Source: Alphaproteobacteria bacterium
Lineage (GTDB): Bacteria; Pseudomonadota; Alphaproteobacteria; Rhodospirillales; Magnetospirillaceae
DNA length: 26,427 nucleotides
Reading direction: 5' to 3'
Assembly: GCA_021325215.1 (NCBI GenBank)
Contig: JAJPHO010000020.1
Location: forward strand, 1-26,427
The notes beneath the pieces were generated by a model that saw only the letters and a program-made list of their open reading frames with translations, made no database searches and had not been told where the DNA came from. The position numbers and the translations under genes were made by a program. This document shows, piece after piece, positions 19,052 through 26,427 of the stretch; the stretch's first letter is position 1; every line of letters starts with the position of its first letter.

Positions 19052-19618
19052 TCACGCGATGGCGCGCCACAAGGCCTCGAAGCCAGCTTTGCAATGGGTC
19101 TGGGCATGTTCCGGGTCGGCGATCATGAAATCCATGGTGGCGCCGGACAGGGATTCCAGAATGGCGAAGACGAAGGGCAGAGGCTGTCCGGCCAGCACGC
19201 CGCCGGCCCGGACCCGTTCGATCAAAGCGACGATAGGCGCCATCGCCGCTCCGGCCTGGGCGCGGCTTTCCGGCGAGATATCGTCGGCGACGCAGATCTG
19301 GGCGAAAGCCTTGCGCTTTTCCGGGCTGGACGCCGCCCAATTCATCCAGCGCGACCATAGATGAAAGGTCTGCGTCCGCAGATCGGCCTCGGCCGGCATC
19401 TCGTCCATCGCGACCCGGAAGGCTTCGGCCTTGAGATCGAGATAGAGCTGGTTGTACAGCTCGGCCTTGGTGGCGAAGTAATTGAACAACGATCCGTTGG
19501 CGACGCCGGCCTCCTTGGCGATCGCCGCCGTCGGCGCGCCGGGTCCCTGCGCGGCGATGACCCGCACCGCCGCCGCCATGATCGCCTGTCGCTTATCGTC
19601 GCTTTTCGGTCTGGCCAT
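19052..19618 (-). CDS. TetR-family transcriptional regulator
   Basis: 188 aa. N-terminal HTH KRQAIMAAAVRVIAAQGPGAPTAAIAKEAGVANGSLFNYFATKAELY is the TetR_N signature. Confidence 0.88.
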   Translation of the reverse strand: MARPKSDDKRQAIMAAAVRVIAAQGPGAPTAAIAKEAGVANGSLFNYFATKAELYNQLYLDLKAEAFRVAMDEMPAEADLRTQTFHLWSRWMNWAASSPEKRKAFAQICVADDISPESRAQAGAAMAPIVALIERVRAGGVLAGQPLPFVFAILESLSGATMDFMIADPEHAQTHCKAGFEALWRAIA

Positions 19619-19637
19619 GACCGAACCATATTTTATA

Positions 19638-19652
19638 CTGACTAGTCAGTCA
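19638..19652. promoter_or_regulatory. Putative TetR operator (site A) CTGACTAGTCAGTCA, containing the perfect 14-bp palindrome ACTGACTAGTCAGT, just upstream of the tetR start
   Basis: The palindrome is flanked by AT-rich half-palindromic arms (TTTTATA ... TATAAAA). It is 20 nt upstream of the TetR ATG. Confidence 0.6.
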
Positions 19653-19668
19653 ATATAAAATCGACGCC

Positions 19669-20305
19669 CTAAGCGTCGCACTTCTTGTAGGGACCGTTGT
19701 CCAGATGCAGATGGTCGTGGTGCAGTTTATTGCTCTTGGGCGTCAGCACCACCGAGAACATCTTGCAGGCGCCGGCCGCAACCTTGTGCAGGAACTCGGC
19801 TTTCTCGTCCTTGCCCCACCAGTTCCTGGAGACGGTGATGCGGCTGCCATCCTCCAGCGTGAAGCCGGAGATATCGATCGCCTTGCCCTTACCGTGCTCG
19901 GACAAGCGTTCCGGATGATCGCTGCGCTGGCCGCGGCAATCATAGGAGCCGGCGCTGGTCACCAGAGTGACCGGATGACCCAAGGTCGCCAGGGCGGCGG
20001 GCGCGACGACTTTCGTCTCGAAATCGGCCAAGCTGATCGCGGTGGTGCAGGCCAGCAGCAGCGGGCGGTTGAGCGGCACCCCTGCCCCCTTGAACTTCAC
20101 GGCGCCGTCGATGCCGCAGCCTTCCGGCGTGTGGAAATCGGCGCTGCGCTCGAATTCGACATGGCGCTGGTCGAGGCCGGCCATGCAGGCGGCGGTGGAA
20201 TCGACGGGGGGCGGAGGCGGCGGAGCGGCGGCGTGCTGCGGCGGCTTGGACGCGCAAGCACCGACCAGGCACATCAGCAGAACACAGGCCAATCGCCGCA
20301 CCATG
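19669..20305 (-). CDS. Extensin-like C-terminal domain lipoprotein
   Basis: Start at MVRRLACVLLMCLVGACAS (lipobox LVGAC). Proline run AAAPPPPPPVD, then a conserved Cys-containing C-terminal domain (GCGIDGAVKFKG ... CTTAISLADFE ... HHDHLHLD). The longer upstream ORF extension is rejected. Confidence 0.6.
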
Positions 20306-20342
20306 ATGAAATCAGAAATACTCGACAAACTTGAAGAAATCA

Positions 20343-20837
20343 TTAGCGAAGACTGCGCACGAAATCGGCCAATGACTTCCAATGCTCTATCTGGAAGTAA
20401 TTCCGCGCCCGCCCCGAAGTGGAAGGAACGACGAACAGGGTGCTGCCCGACAAGGTCTCGGGCTGCAGGCCATAGGATATCGTCTTCCTGCCGAGAAACT
20501 TGGAGGCGGTGAATTTGCTGCTGAAAGCGATGATGCGCGGGGCATTGCGGAGCATCTTCTCGCGGAAGAGATCCACCTCGAAGCCTGCATGGCTGAGCTC
20601 GGCATCGGCGCCCCATTCCGTCTTGTTGAGATCGGTCAGTCCGATATTCCACTGCAGCAGGCTGGTATAATCCTTCGCCGCCACCAGATGCGGCGTCAGG
20701 CCGACATCGAACAAAGTCTTCCAGAAGATGTTGCCGGGATGGGCGTAATAGGCCAGCGCCTCCTTCGAGGCGCGGCTGGGCGCAGTGCCGCACAAGACCA
20801 GGTCCAATCCCTCGCGCAGCAGATCGGGGACGATCAT
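20343..20837 (-). CDS. mug: G/U mismatch-specific DNA glycosylase (UDG family 2, Mug/TDG)
   Basis: 164 aa. DLVLCGTAPSRASKEALAYYAHPGNIFWKTLF matches the Mug active-site region (GINPG-like ... NxFW). Confidence 0.82.
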   Translation of the reverse strand: MIVPDLLREGLDLVLCGTAPSRASKEALAYYAHPGNIFWKTLFDVGLTPHLVAAKDYTSLLQWNIGLTDLNKTEWGADAELSHAGFEVDLFREKMLRNAPRIIAFSSKFTASKFLGRKTISYGLQPETLSGSTLFVVPSTSGRARNYFQIEHWKSLADFVRSLR

Positions 20838-21652
20838 GCCAACCTCAGCAATATCGCTCCGAGAGTGACCATCGCCGCGGCGGTCGCGCGATTCCAGCCC
20901 AGCCGCTCTTTCAGAAACACCACCGAGATCCCGGCGCCGAACAGAATCGCCGTCTCACGCAAGGCCGCCACCTCGGCGACCGGCGCCTTGGTCATCGCCC
21001 ACAGCACCATCGAATAGGCCGCCAGCGTGCCGAACCCGCCGGCCAGTCCCTGCCTCAGCCGGGTGCGCGCATAGGCGATGAAAGCGCCGGCGTCGCGCAG
21101 CGACCACGCCAGCAGCGGCACCGCTCCCAGCAGGAAGACCCACAAAGTATAGGACAGCGCGCCGCCCGACAGGCGCACCCCGATCCCGTCGGTGACCGTA
21201 TAGCCGGCGATCACCAAAGCATTGAGCAAGGCCGCCTTCGAAGGCGCCCGCCGCAGGCCGACTAGAGACAGCACGCCGCCGCACAGGCAGAGGATGCCGG
21301 CCCAGGCGAACAGCGGCAGCGAATCGCCGATCAGCGGTCCGCTCGCCAGCGCCACCAGCAAGGGCGGCAAGCCGCGCATCAGCGGATAGGCATAGCTCAT
21401 GTCGCCATGACGATAGGCGGCGCCGACCAGCTGGTAATAGGCGACATGCAGGGCTACCGACCCCAGCACATAGGGCCAGCTCGCCGCGTTCGGCAACGGC
21501 AGGAAAGGCAGAATGGGCAGGGTCAGCAGCGCGGCGGCGGCACTGATCAGCACCACGTCTCGCCCTTTGTCGGGACCGGCCTTGACCAGCGCATTCCAGC
21601 TGGCATGCAGCAGGGCCGAACACAGAACCAGAAGAAGGATGCCGCCCGACAT
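20834..21652 (-). CDS. EamA/DMT-superfamily transporter
   Basis: 272 aa with about 10 hydrophobic helices. It has the two-repeat EamA architecture. The start abuts the RES gene stop, and the ORF overlaps mug by 4 nt. Confidence 0.75.
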   Translation of the reverse strand: MSGGILLLVLCSALLHASWNALVKAGPDKGRDVVLISAAAALLTLPILPFLPLPNAASWPYVLGSVALHVAYYQLVGAAYRHGDMSYAYPLMRGLPPLLVALASGPLIGDSLPLFAWAGILCLCGGVLSLVGLRRAPSKAALLNALVIAGYTVTDGIGVRLSGGALSYTLWVFLLGAVPLLAWSLRDAGAFIAYARTRLRQGLAGGFGTLAAYSMVLWAMTKAPVAEVAALRETAILFGAGISVVFLKERLGWNRATAAAMVTLGAILLRLA

Positions 21653-22384
21653 TCACCCCACCCTTGGGTCGGCCGCGAAATCGGCCAGCTGGAACTCCAG
21701 CGCCGCCGGCGGGAATTCGCGGATCGCCTGCACCGACTGGCGCCGCACGAACAGCCGCCAGGTCTCCTGCCGGCGATAGGCGGTGTCGGCGAAGGCCTTG
21801 GGCGTCAGCAGCGCGACATTGTTGCCGCCCAGGGGATCGCGCACCGAGCGATAGATCAGGATGTCGACCCCGTCGGCGCGGACCTGGTCGGCCAGGTCCT
21901 GGCAATCGGCATAATCGGTCAGATGCTCCCAGCGCGCCCGCTCCGCATCGAAAGGCGGCCTGGTGAGATCGGCGGCGCTGCCCTTTACCCGCACGCTGAA
22001 GGCGGTGTGCTCGACGGCGCGCGCCGGCAATTTGGTGTCCGGCGATTCCTTGAAGAACAGCAGCCGGTAGAAGGCCAGCTCGGCTGCCGCCGTCTCGATC
22101 CGGCGCGAGGCGTAGAACACCCCTTCGCGCTGCCCGGCGCGCCGAAAGCGCGAACCATAGGGATAGGGCGCATAGCGGAAGGGGGTCGCCAGCAGATAAT
22201 GCAGGCCGGCGCAGTCGGGGGGAAATTCCGGTTTCACCTCCTCGATCAGCTGTTCGAGCACCGCCTGCTCTTCCAGCGTATTGGTCAGCGACAGGGTCGA
22301 GGAGCGGCTCTGGCTTTCCACCATCCGCCAGATCTCGCCGGAAAAGGGGTGCGTGTTAGAGGATGGCTCGCCGGGAATCGACAT
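21653..22384 (-). CDS. RES-domain toxin of a RES-Xre type II toxin-antitoxin pair (NAD+-degrading family)
   Basis: 243 aa. RES core GSRFRRAGQREGVFYASRRIETAAAELAFY aligns with MbcT/ParT-type RES motifs (R ... Y/E ... S). Its 5' end overlaps the upstream Xre/DUF2384 antitoxin gene by 29 nt. Confidence 0.78.
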   Translation of the reverse strand: MSIPGEPSSNTHPFSGEIWRMVESQSRSSTLSLTNTLEEQAVLEQLIEEVKPEFPPDCAGLHYLLATPFRYAPYPYGSRFRRAGQREGVFYASRRIETAAAELAFYRLLFFKESPDTKLPARAVEHTAFSVRVKGSAADLTRPPFDAERARWEHLTDYADCQDLADQVRADGVDILIYRSVRDPLGGNNVALLTPKAFADTAYRRQETWRLFVRRQSVQAIREFPPAALEFQLADFAADPRVG

Positions 22385-22730
22385 AATCCACCGTCGCCAC
22401 CAGGCCCCGCACGCTGCGGATCAGCTCGACCGGGCGATGGCCGAGCGCCGTGTTGGAAGAGGTCATCCAGGACCGTAGCGAGTCACCGTCTCCGCCGACG
22501 ATCGAATCGAGCGAGCGGAACAATCGAACCAGCAGCTGCGCCAGTTCGAAGGCCTTGCTGTCGCGGTCGAGCTGGAAGGTGCCCTGGCGCATCCGCGTCA
22601 CCGAAGCGGGCGACACGCCGAGCACGCGGGCCAGGTCGCCGCTGTTCAATCCGAGGAAGTCGGCGGCGCGCACCGTGGCGGTGGTCAACACCGCCTGTTG
22701 CTGCTGAAGGCTGGCGGCAGGAAGCGCCAT
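22356..22730 (-). CDS. Xre-like antitoxin with C-terminal DUF2384 (MbcA/ParS-type) domain
   Basis: 124 aa. N-terminal HTH (ATVRAADFLGLNSGDLARVLGVSPASVTRMRQG). C-terminal WMTSSNTALGHRPVELIRSVRGLVATVDYV matches the DUF2384 consensus (W ... N ... LGG ... P ... L). Confidence 0.78.
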   Translation of the reverse strand: MALPAASLQQQQAVLTTATVRAADFLGLNSGDLARVLGVSPASVTRMRQGTFQLDRDSKAFELAQLLVRLFRSLDSIVGGDGDSLRSWMTSSNTALGHRPVELIRSVRGLVATVDYVDSRRAIL

Positions 22731-22744
22731 CTATTTCTCCAGAA

Positions 22745-22765
22745 AAATATCCACTCGATATTTTC
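22745..22765. promoter_or_regulatory. Perfect inverted repeat AAAATATC-cactc-GATATTTT over the TA operon promoter (putative antitoxin operator)
   Basis: 8-bp arms with a 5-bp spacer. On the minus strand it sits between a TTGACG-N17-TAGAAA promoter-like element and the GGAGAAA SD of the antitoxin. A short hairpin plus T-tract (CGCTTgacggAAGCG TTTCTTTTCTTT) for queC overlaps the -35 element. Confidence 0.55.
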
Positions 22766-22786
22766 TAAAGAAAAGAAACGCTTCCG

Positions 22787-23476
22787 TCAAGCGTAGCGGG
22801 TCGGATCGGGCACGCCGGCGTCGGCGAAACCCTTCTTGCGCAGCTGACAGGAATCGCAATGCCCGCACGATTCACCCGCGGGGGTCGGATCGTAACAGCT
22901 GATGGTCAGGCCGTAATCGACGCCCAGCTTGCGGCCGGTCCTGATGATGTCGGCCTTGGTCAGATGCATGAGCGGCGCATGGATGGTCAGCTTGCGCCCA
23001 TCGACCGCCGAGGCCTTGGTGGCGAGATTGGCCATCGCCTCGAAGGCGGCGACGAATTCCGGGCGGCAATCGGGATAGCCGCTGTAATCCACGGCATTGA
23101 CGCCGATGAAGATGTCGGCGGCGTCCTCGACCTCGGCCAAGGCGAGGGCGAAGGACAGGAAGATGGTGTTGCGAGCCGGCACATAGGTGATCGGCACGCC
23201 GCTTTCCAGCTCGGCCTCGGGACGGTCCTTGGGCACATCGATGTCGGCGGTCAGAGCCGAGCCGCCGAAGGCGCGCAGATCGATGTCGACGATCTGGTGG
23301 CGGTCGGCGCCCAGCGCCTTGGCGACGCGCTGCGACGCCGCCAGCTCGACGGCGTGACGCTGCCCATAGCGGAACGAGATCGCCAGGGTGCGGAAGCCCT
23401 GATCGCGGGCCATCGCCAGGCAGGTGGCGGAATCCAGCCCGCCCGACAGCAGGATGACGGCGGTTTTTTTAGTCAT
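22787..23476 (-). CDS. queC: 7-cyano-7-deazaguanine synthase
   Basis: 229 aa. [21 protein letters not shown]-loop. C-terminal Zn cysteines [24 protein letters not shown]. Confidence 0.92.
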   Translation of the reverse strand: MTKKTAVILLSGGLDSATCLAMARDQGFRTLAISFRYGQRHAVELAASQRVAKALGADRHQIVDIDLRAFGGSALTADIDVPKDRPEAELESGVPITYVPARNTIFLSFALALAEVEDAADIFIGVNAVDYSGYPDCRPEFVAAFEAMANLATKASAVDGRKLTIHAPLMHLTKADIIRTGRKLGVDYGLTISCYDPTPAGESCGHCDSCQLRKKGFADAGVPDPTRYA

Positions 23477-23586
23477 GTTTGCCCCTCAAGCGCCGGGCGC
23501 GGCTTCCAGCCGCTGGGCTACCGCGCCAAGCTATGTTGCCTGTGTGACAACAGCCGTCGGCAGCGCGGCGGCCGACGAGCGGCCGT

Positions 23587-23610
23587 GGAACGATTTCAGG
23601 AAATCGTTCC
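23587..23610. promoter_or_regulatory. Perfect 10-bp inverted repeat GGAACGATTT-cagg-AAATCGTTCC immediately 3' of the hldE stop and about 110 nt upstream of the queC start
   Basis: Exact palindromic arms with no adjacent U-tract. It may be an RNA stability hairpin, a partial terminator or a protein-binding site. Confidence 0.4.
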
Positions 23611-23611
23611 A

Positions 23612-25072
23612 TCACTTCGCCATCCGCGCGATGGTGGAAGTGGTCGAATGTCCGGCCTTCAGGTCGGCCAGGAACACACGCCCGCCGGTCGACATGACGA
23701 ACTCGCCGCCGACCACCTGGTCGACGCTGTAATCGGCTCCCTTGACCAGCACGTCGGGCTTCAGCGCCTTGATCAGTTCCAGCGGCGTGTCTTCTTCGAA
23801 GATCACCACCAGATCGACCGCCGACAGCGACGCCAGCACGGTGGCGCGCGAAACTTCGGTCTGCACCGGGCGGGTCTCGCCCTTCAGACGCTTCACCGAC
23901 GCATCGGAATTCAGACCGACCACCAGCCTGTCGCACTGGCCGCGCGCCTGGTCGAGCAGCGAGACATGGCCGGGATGCAGCAGATCGAAGCAGCCATTGG
24001 TGAAACCGATCTTCTTGCCGAGATGGCGCCAGCGCGCCACCTGCTCCAGCGCCGCATGGCGGCTGGCGAATTTGTTCTCGGCGGCCGCCACTTCGGAATG
24101 ATGCAAAGCGGCGATCAGATCGTCGGCATAGGCAACGGCGGTGCCGACCTTGCCGACCACGATGCCGGCGGCGACATTGGCCAGGCGGGCCGCTTCGGCC
24201 AGCGAAGCGCCCGCGGTCAGCGCGGCGGCCAGGGTCGCCACGACAGTATCGCCGGCGCCGGACACGTCGAACACTTCGCGCGCTTCGGCCTTGAGATGCA
24301 CGGCGTCGGTGGCGGAGACCAGGCTCATGCCGTCCTGGCTGCGGGTGGCCAGCACCTGCTCGATGCCGCACAATTCGATCAGCTGACGGGCGGCGACGAC
24401 GATTTCCTCGTCAGTGCCGACCGGACGGCCAGTCGCTTCGTGGAGTTCCTTGCGGTTGGGCGTCACCAGGGTGGCGCCGCGATAGACCGTGTAGTCGGTG
24501 CCCTTGGGATCGACGATGGTCGCCTTGCCGGCGGCGCGGGCCGCGGCGATCACCGCCTGGGTCAGGCCGGCGCCCAGCACGCCCTTGCCATAATCGGACA
24601 ACACCACCACCTCGACCTGCGGGATCAGTTCCTTGGCCTCGGACAACAGCTGGTCGCGCGAATTGGTCGACAGGGTGCTCTGGGTCTCGTGGTCGGCGCG
24701 CAGCAATTGCTGGGTACCGCCGATGAAGCGGGTCTTGATGGTAGTCTGGCGCTCGGGCTCGACCACCATGCGGGGATCGACGCTGCGATGGTCGCCGACC
24801 AGGCGGCTGACCTCGCGGCCGGCCGGATCGTCGCCCACCACCGCCAGGAAATGCGGCTGGCCGCCCAGCGCCACCAGATTGCGCACCACATTGCCGGCGC
24901 CGCCCAGCATCGCCTCTTCGCGCCGCACGCGGAGCACCGGAATCGGCGCCTCGGGCGAGATGCGATCGACATCGCCATAGACGAAGCGGTCCAGCATCAC
25001 GTCGCCGACGCACAATACCCGTCCGCCTTCGAGGCGGCCGATCAGGTCCAGCAGCGCATGCGGTTCGCTCAT
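23612..25072 (-). CDS. hldE: Bifunctional D-beta-D-heptose 7-phosphate kinase / D-beta-D-heptose 1-phosphate adenylyltransferase
   Basis: 486 aa. N-terminal ribokinase-like domain ([29 protein letters not shown] ... DVSGAGDTV). C-terminal cytidylyltransferase-like domain ([18 protein letters not shown] ... [13 protein letters not shown]). Confidence 0.92.
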   Translation of the reverse strand: MSEPHALLDLIGRLEGGRVLCVGDVMLDRFVYGDVDRISPEAPIPVLRVRREEAMLGGAGNVVRNLVALGGQPHFLAVVGDDPAGREVSRLVGDHRSVDPRMVVEPERQTTIKTRFIGGTQQLLRADHETQSTLSTNSRDQLLSEAKELIPQVEVVVLSDYGKGVLGAGLTQAVIAAARAAGKATIVDPKGTDYTVYRGATLVTPNRKELHEATGRPVGTDEEIVVAARQLIELCGIEQVLATRSQDGMSLVSATDAVHLKAEAREVFDVSGAGDTVVATLAAALTAGASLAEAARLANVAAGIVVGKVGTAVAYADDLIAALHHSEVAAAENKFASRHAALEQVARWRHLGKKIGFTNGCFDLLHPGHVSLLDQARGQCDRLVVGLNSDASVKRLKGETRPVQTEVSRATVLASLSAVDLVVIFEEDTPLELIKALKPDVLVKGADYSVDQVVGGEFVMSTGGRVFLADLKAGHSTTSTIARMAK

Positions 25073-25203
25073 ATCTCTCCACCCGGCAGGTAAATAACTC
25101 TCCGTCTAGCTAGTCCAATCCCGCTCGATTCGCAAGGTCAGGCAGTTAGAGTGACAGAGAGCGTTTCACGCTATAAAATCGTTGCGCGAAAATAACGAGG
25201 GCT

Positions 25204-26427
25204 CATGCAAGCGTCGCCGCGCGATCCGGGTGGACCGGAAACCGTTACCCAGGAAAATCTCCTGCTCGACGCGGCCGAGCGGGTCGGACGCGTTCGTGAC
25301 GGCCGCATGGCGGTGCACCTGCATCTGTCACGCCTGAAGCCGCAGAATCGGCAGGAGGGCTATCTGCGCGTCGCCGGCCGCATGCTGGAGCCGATGGTCA
25401 GCGCCTATCGCGGACAGATCTTCCTGCTCAGCAACGCCGACATCGTCTTCATCATCAACCAGCCCAGCCCGATCGACCTCAAGGATCATATCCACCGCCT
25501 GCGCGGCCTGTTCGCCAAGGACCCGCTGACCAATGACGACAGCGGCGACGGCGTCGATTTGTTCTGCACCATCTATGACCTGACCTTCGATTTCGATCCG
25601 TTCTTCACCATGGTGCAGACCGCGCTGAACGATGCGCGCGGCCGCACCCGCACGGCGCAGGCGCCCGAGCTGAAGCCGCTCGACGCCACCACCCTGTCGG
25701 TGGTGCTGGAACGGCTGACCATGCTGGACGCCTCGCCCTTCATCCGCCGCCAATCGGCGATCGCGCTGTCCGGCGCCCATGCCGAGGTGATCTTCCAGGA
25801 ATTCTTCATCAGCGTCGGCGATCTGCAGCGCGCCCTGGCCCCCGACGTCAATCTGCTGGGCAACCGCTGGATGTTCCAGCATCTGTCGGCCACCCTCGAC
25901 CGCCGCCTGCTCGACGCCATGCGCCGCCTGCGCCTGACCAAGGCGCCGCCCGCCATGCATCTCAACCTCAATATCGGCACGCTGCAGGACGCCGCCTTCA
26001 CGTCGCTCGACGAATCGCTGCCCGACGGAGTGGGGCTGGGCGTCGAGGTGCAGATCCTCGACGTGCTGGCCGACAGCCGGGCCTTCTTCGAAGCGCACCG
26101 CAAGCTCAAGGAGCGCGGTCGCCATCTGGTGATCGACGGCCTGAACGAGGCGACCCTGACCTTCATGGAAGTCGGCCGCACCGGCGCCGATCTTTATAAG
26201 CTGGACTGGACGCCGGAACTGCGCGAACCGCACCGGCGCGACGCGGTGATGGCCGCCCTCAAACATGTCGACCCGTCCAAGCTGCTGCTGGCCCGCTGCG
26301 ATTCCGAAGCCGCCATCGCCTGGGGCGTCGATCACGGGCTGGAGAAGTTCCAGGGCCGCTATGTCGAGGCGATGCTGGCCGCCACCACCATGGGCGTGTG
26401 CGACAAGGCCGGCGCCTGCACCCTGGC
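25204..26427 (+). CDS. GGDEF-EAL-like protein with degenerate motifs in both domains (3' end beyond window); putative c-di-GMP-related effector or regulator
   Basis: An open plus-strand frame of at least 408 codons from ATG 25204, with strong GC3 bias. It is absent from the ORF track because it has no stop in the window. GGDEF-like segment MAVHLHLSRLKPQNRQEGYLRVAGRMLEPMVSAYRGQIFLL (RGQIF in place of GGDEF). EAL-like segment HLVIDGLNEATL ... DLYKLDW ... LLLARCDSEAAIAWGVDHGLEKFQGRYV, which parallels DDFGTG ... KIDRSF ... AEGVE ... QGY. Confidence 0.5.

Noticed and set aside
19669-20793. Long 374-aa version of the minus-strand ORF
   Set aside because: The 5' portion overlaps mug in another frame and lacks signal or lipoprotein features. 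Only the 3' 212 codons, from the lipoprotein signal MVRRLACVLLMCLVGAC, look like a real gene.
21407-22768. 453-aa plus-strand ORF
   Set aside because: Antisense to the EamA, RES and Xre genes. Arg/Gly-rich shadow.
23477-23611. PreQ1 riboswitch upstream of queC
   Set aside because: I looked for the short preQ1-I aptamer hairpin with an A-rich tail and did not find a convincing match. Only a simple palindrome is present.
22859-25093. 744-aa plus-strand ORF spanning queC and hldE
   Set aside because: Antisense to two well-supported genes (queC, hldE) and low-complexity. It is a high-GC artefact.
25328-26335. 335-aa and 202-aa minus-strand ORFs
   Set aside because: The opposite strand carries a longer, GC3-biased frame with recognisable GGDEF/EAL-like segments. 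The minus ORFs are Arg/Gly/Ala/Gln-rich shadows.

Overview
High-GC (about 65%) chromosomal segment, most likely from an alphaproteobacterium. It looks like core genome rather than an obvious island: there are no transposases, integrases, CRISPR arrays, tRNA or rRNA genes. The window holds 26 protein-coding genes. Translation genes: rplT (5' partial), rpmI, infC and thrS. LPS inner-core heptose genes: hldE, a GT9 heptosyltransferase and a GT4 glycosyltransferase. Others: leuA, phoH, queC, mug, a DsbA-like oxidoreductase, an aldo-keto reductase and two SDR enzymes. Regulators: a GntR and a TetR. Membrane proteins: two SPFH/band-7 proteins (one flotillin-like with a five-fold internal repeat, one stomatin-like), an EamA/DMT transporter and an extensin-like lipoprotein. 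The most defence-like element is a RES-Xre type II toxin-antitoxin pair (21653..22730, minus strand) with a perfect inverted-repeat operator over its promoter. It sits at the head of a tightly packed, co-directional four-gene block (Xre, RES, EamA, mug). Other points of interest are listed in the findings: the interrupted infC/rpmI cluster, a two-site TetR regulon, a stem-loop over the thrS ribosome-binding site, a conserved hypothetical protein next to an AT-rich patch, an unannotated region with its own terminator, and a doubly degenerate GGDEF-EAL gene that runs off the 3' end and was missed by the ORF track. All functional assignments come from reading the translated ORFs for family-level motifs; no database searches were possible.
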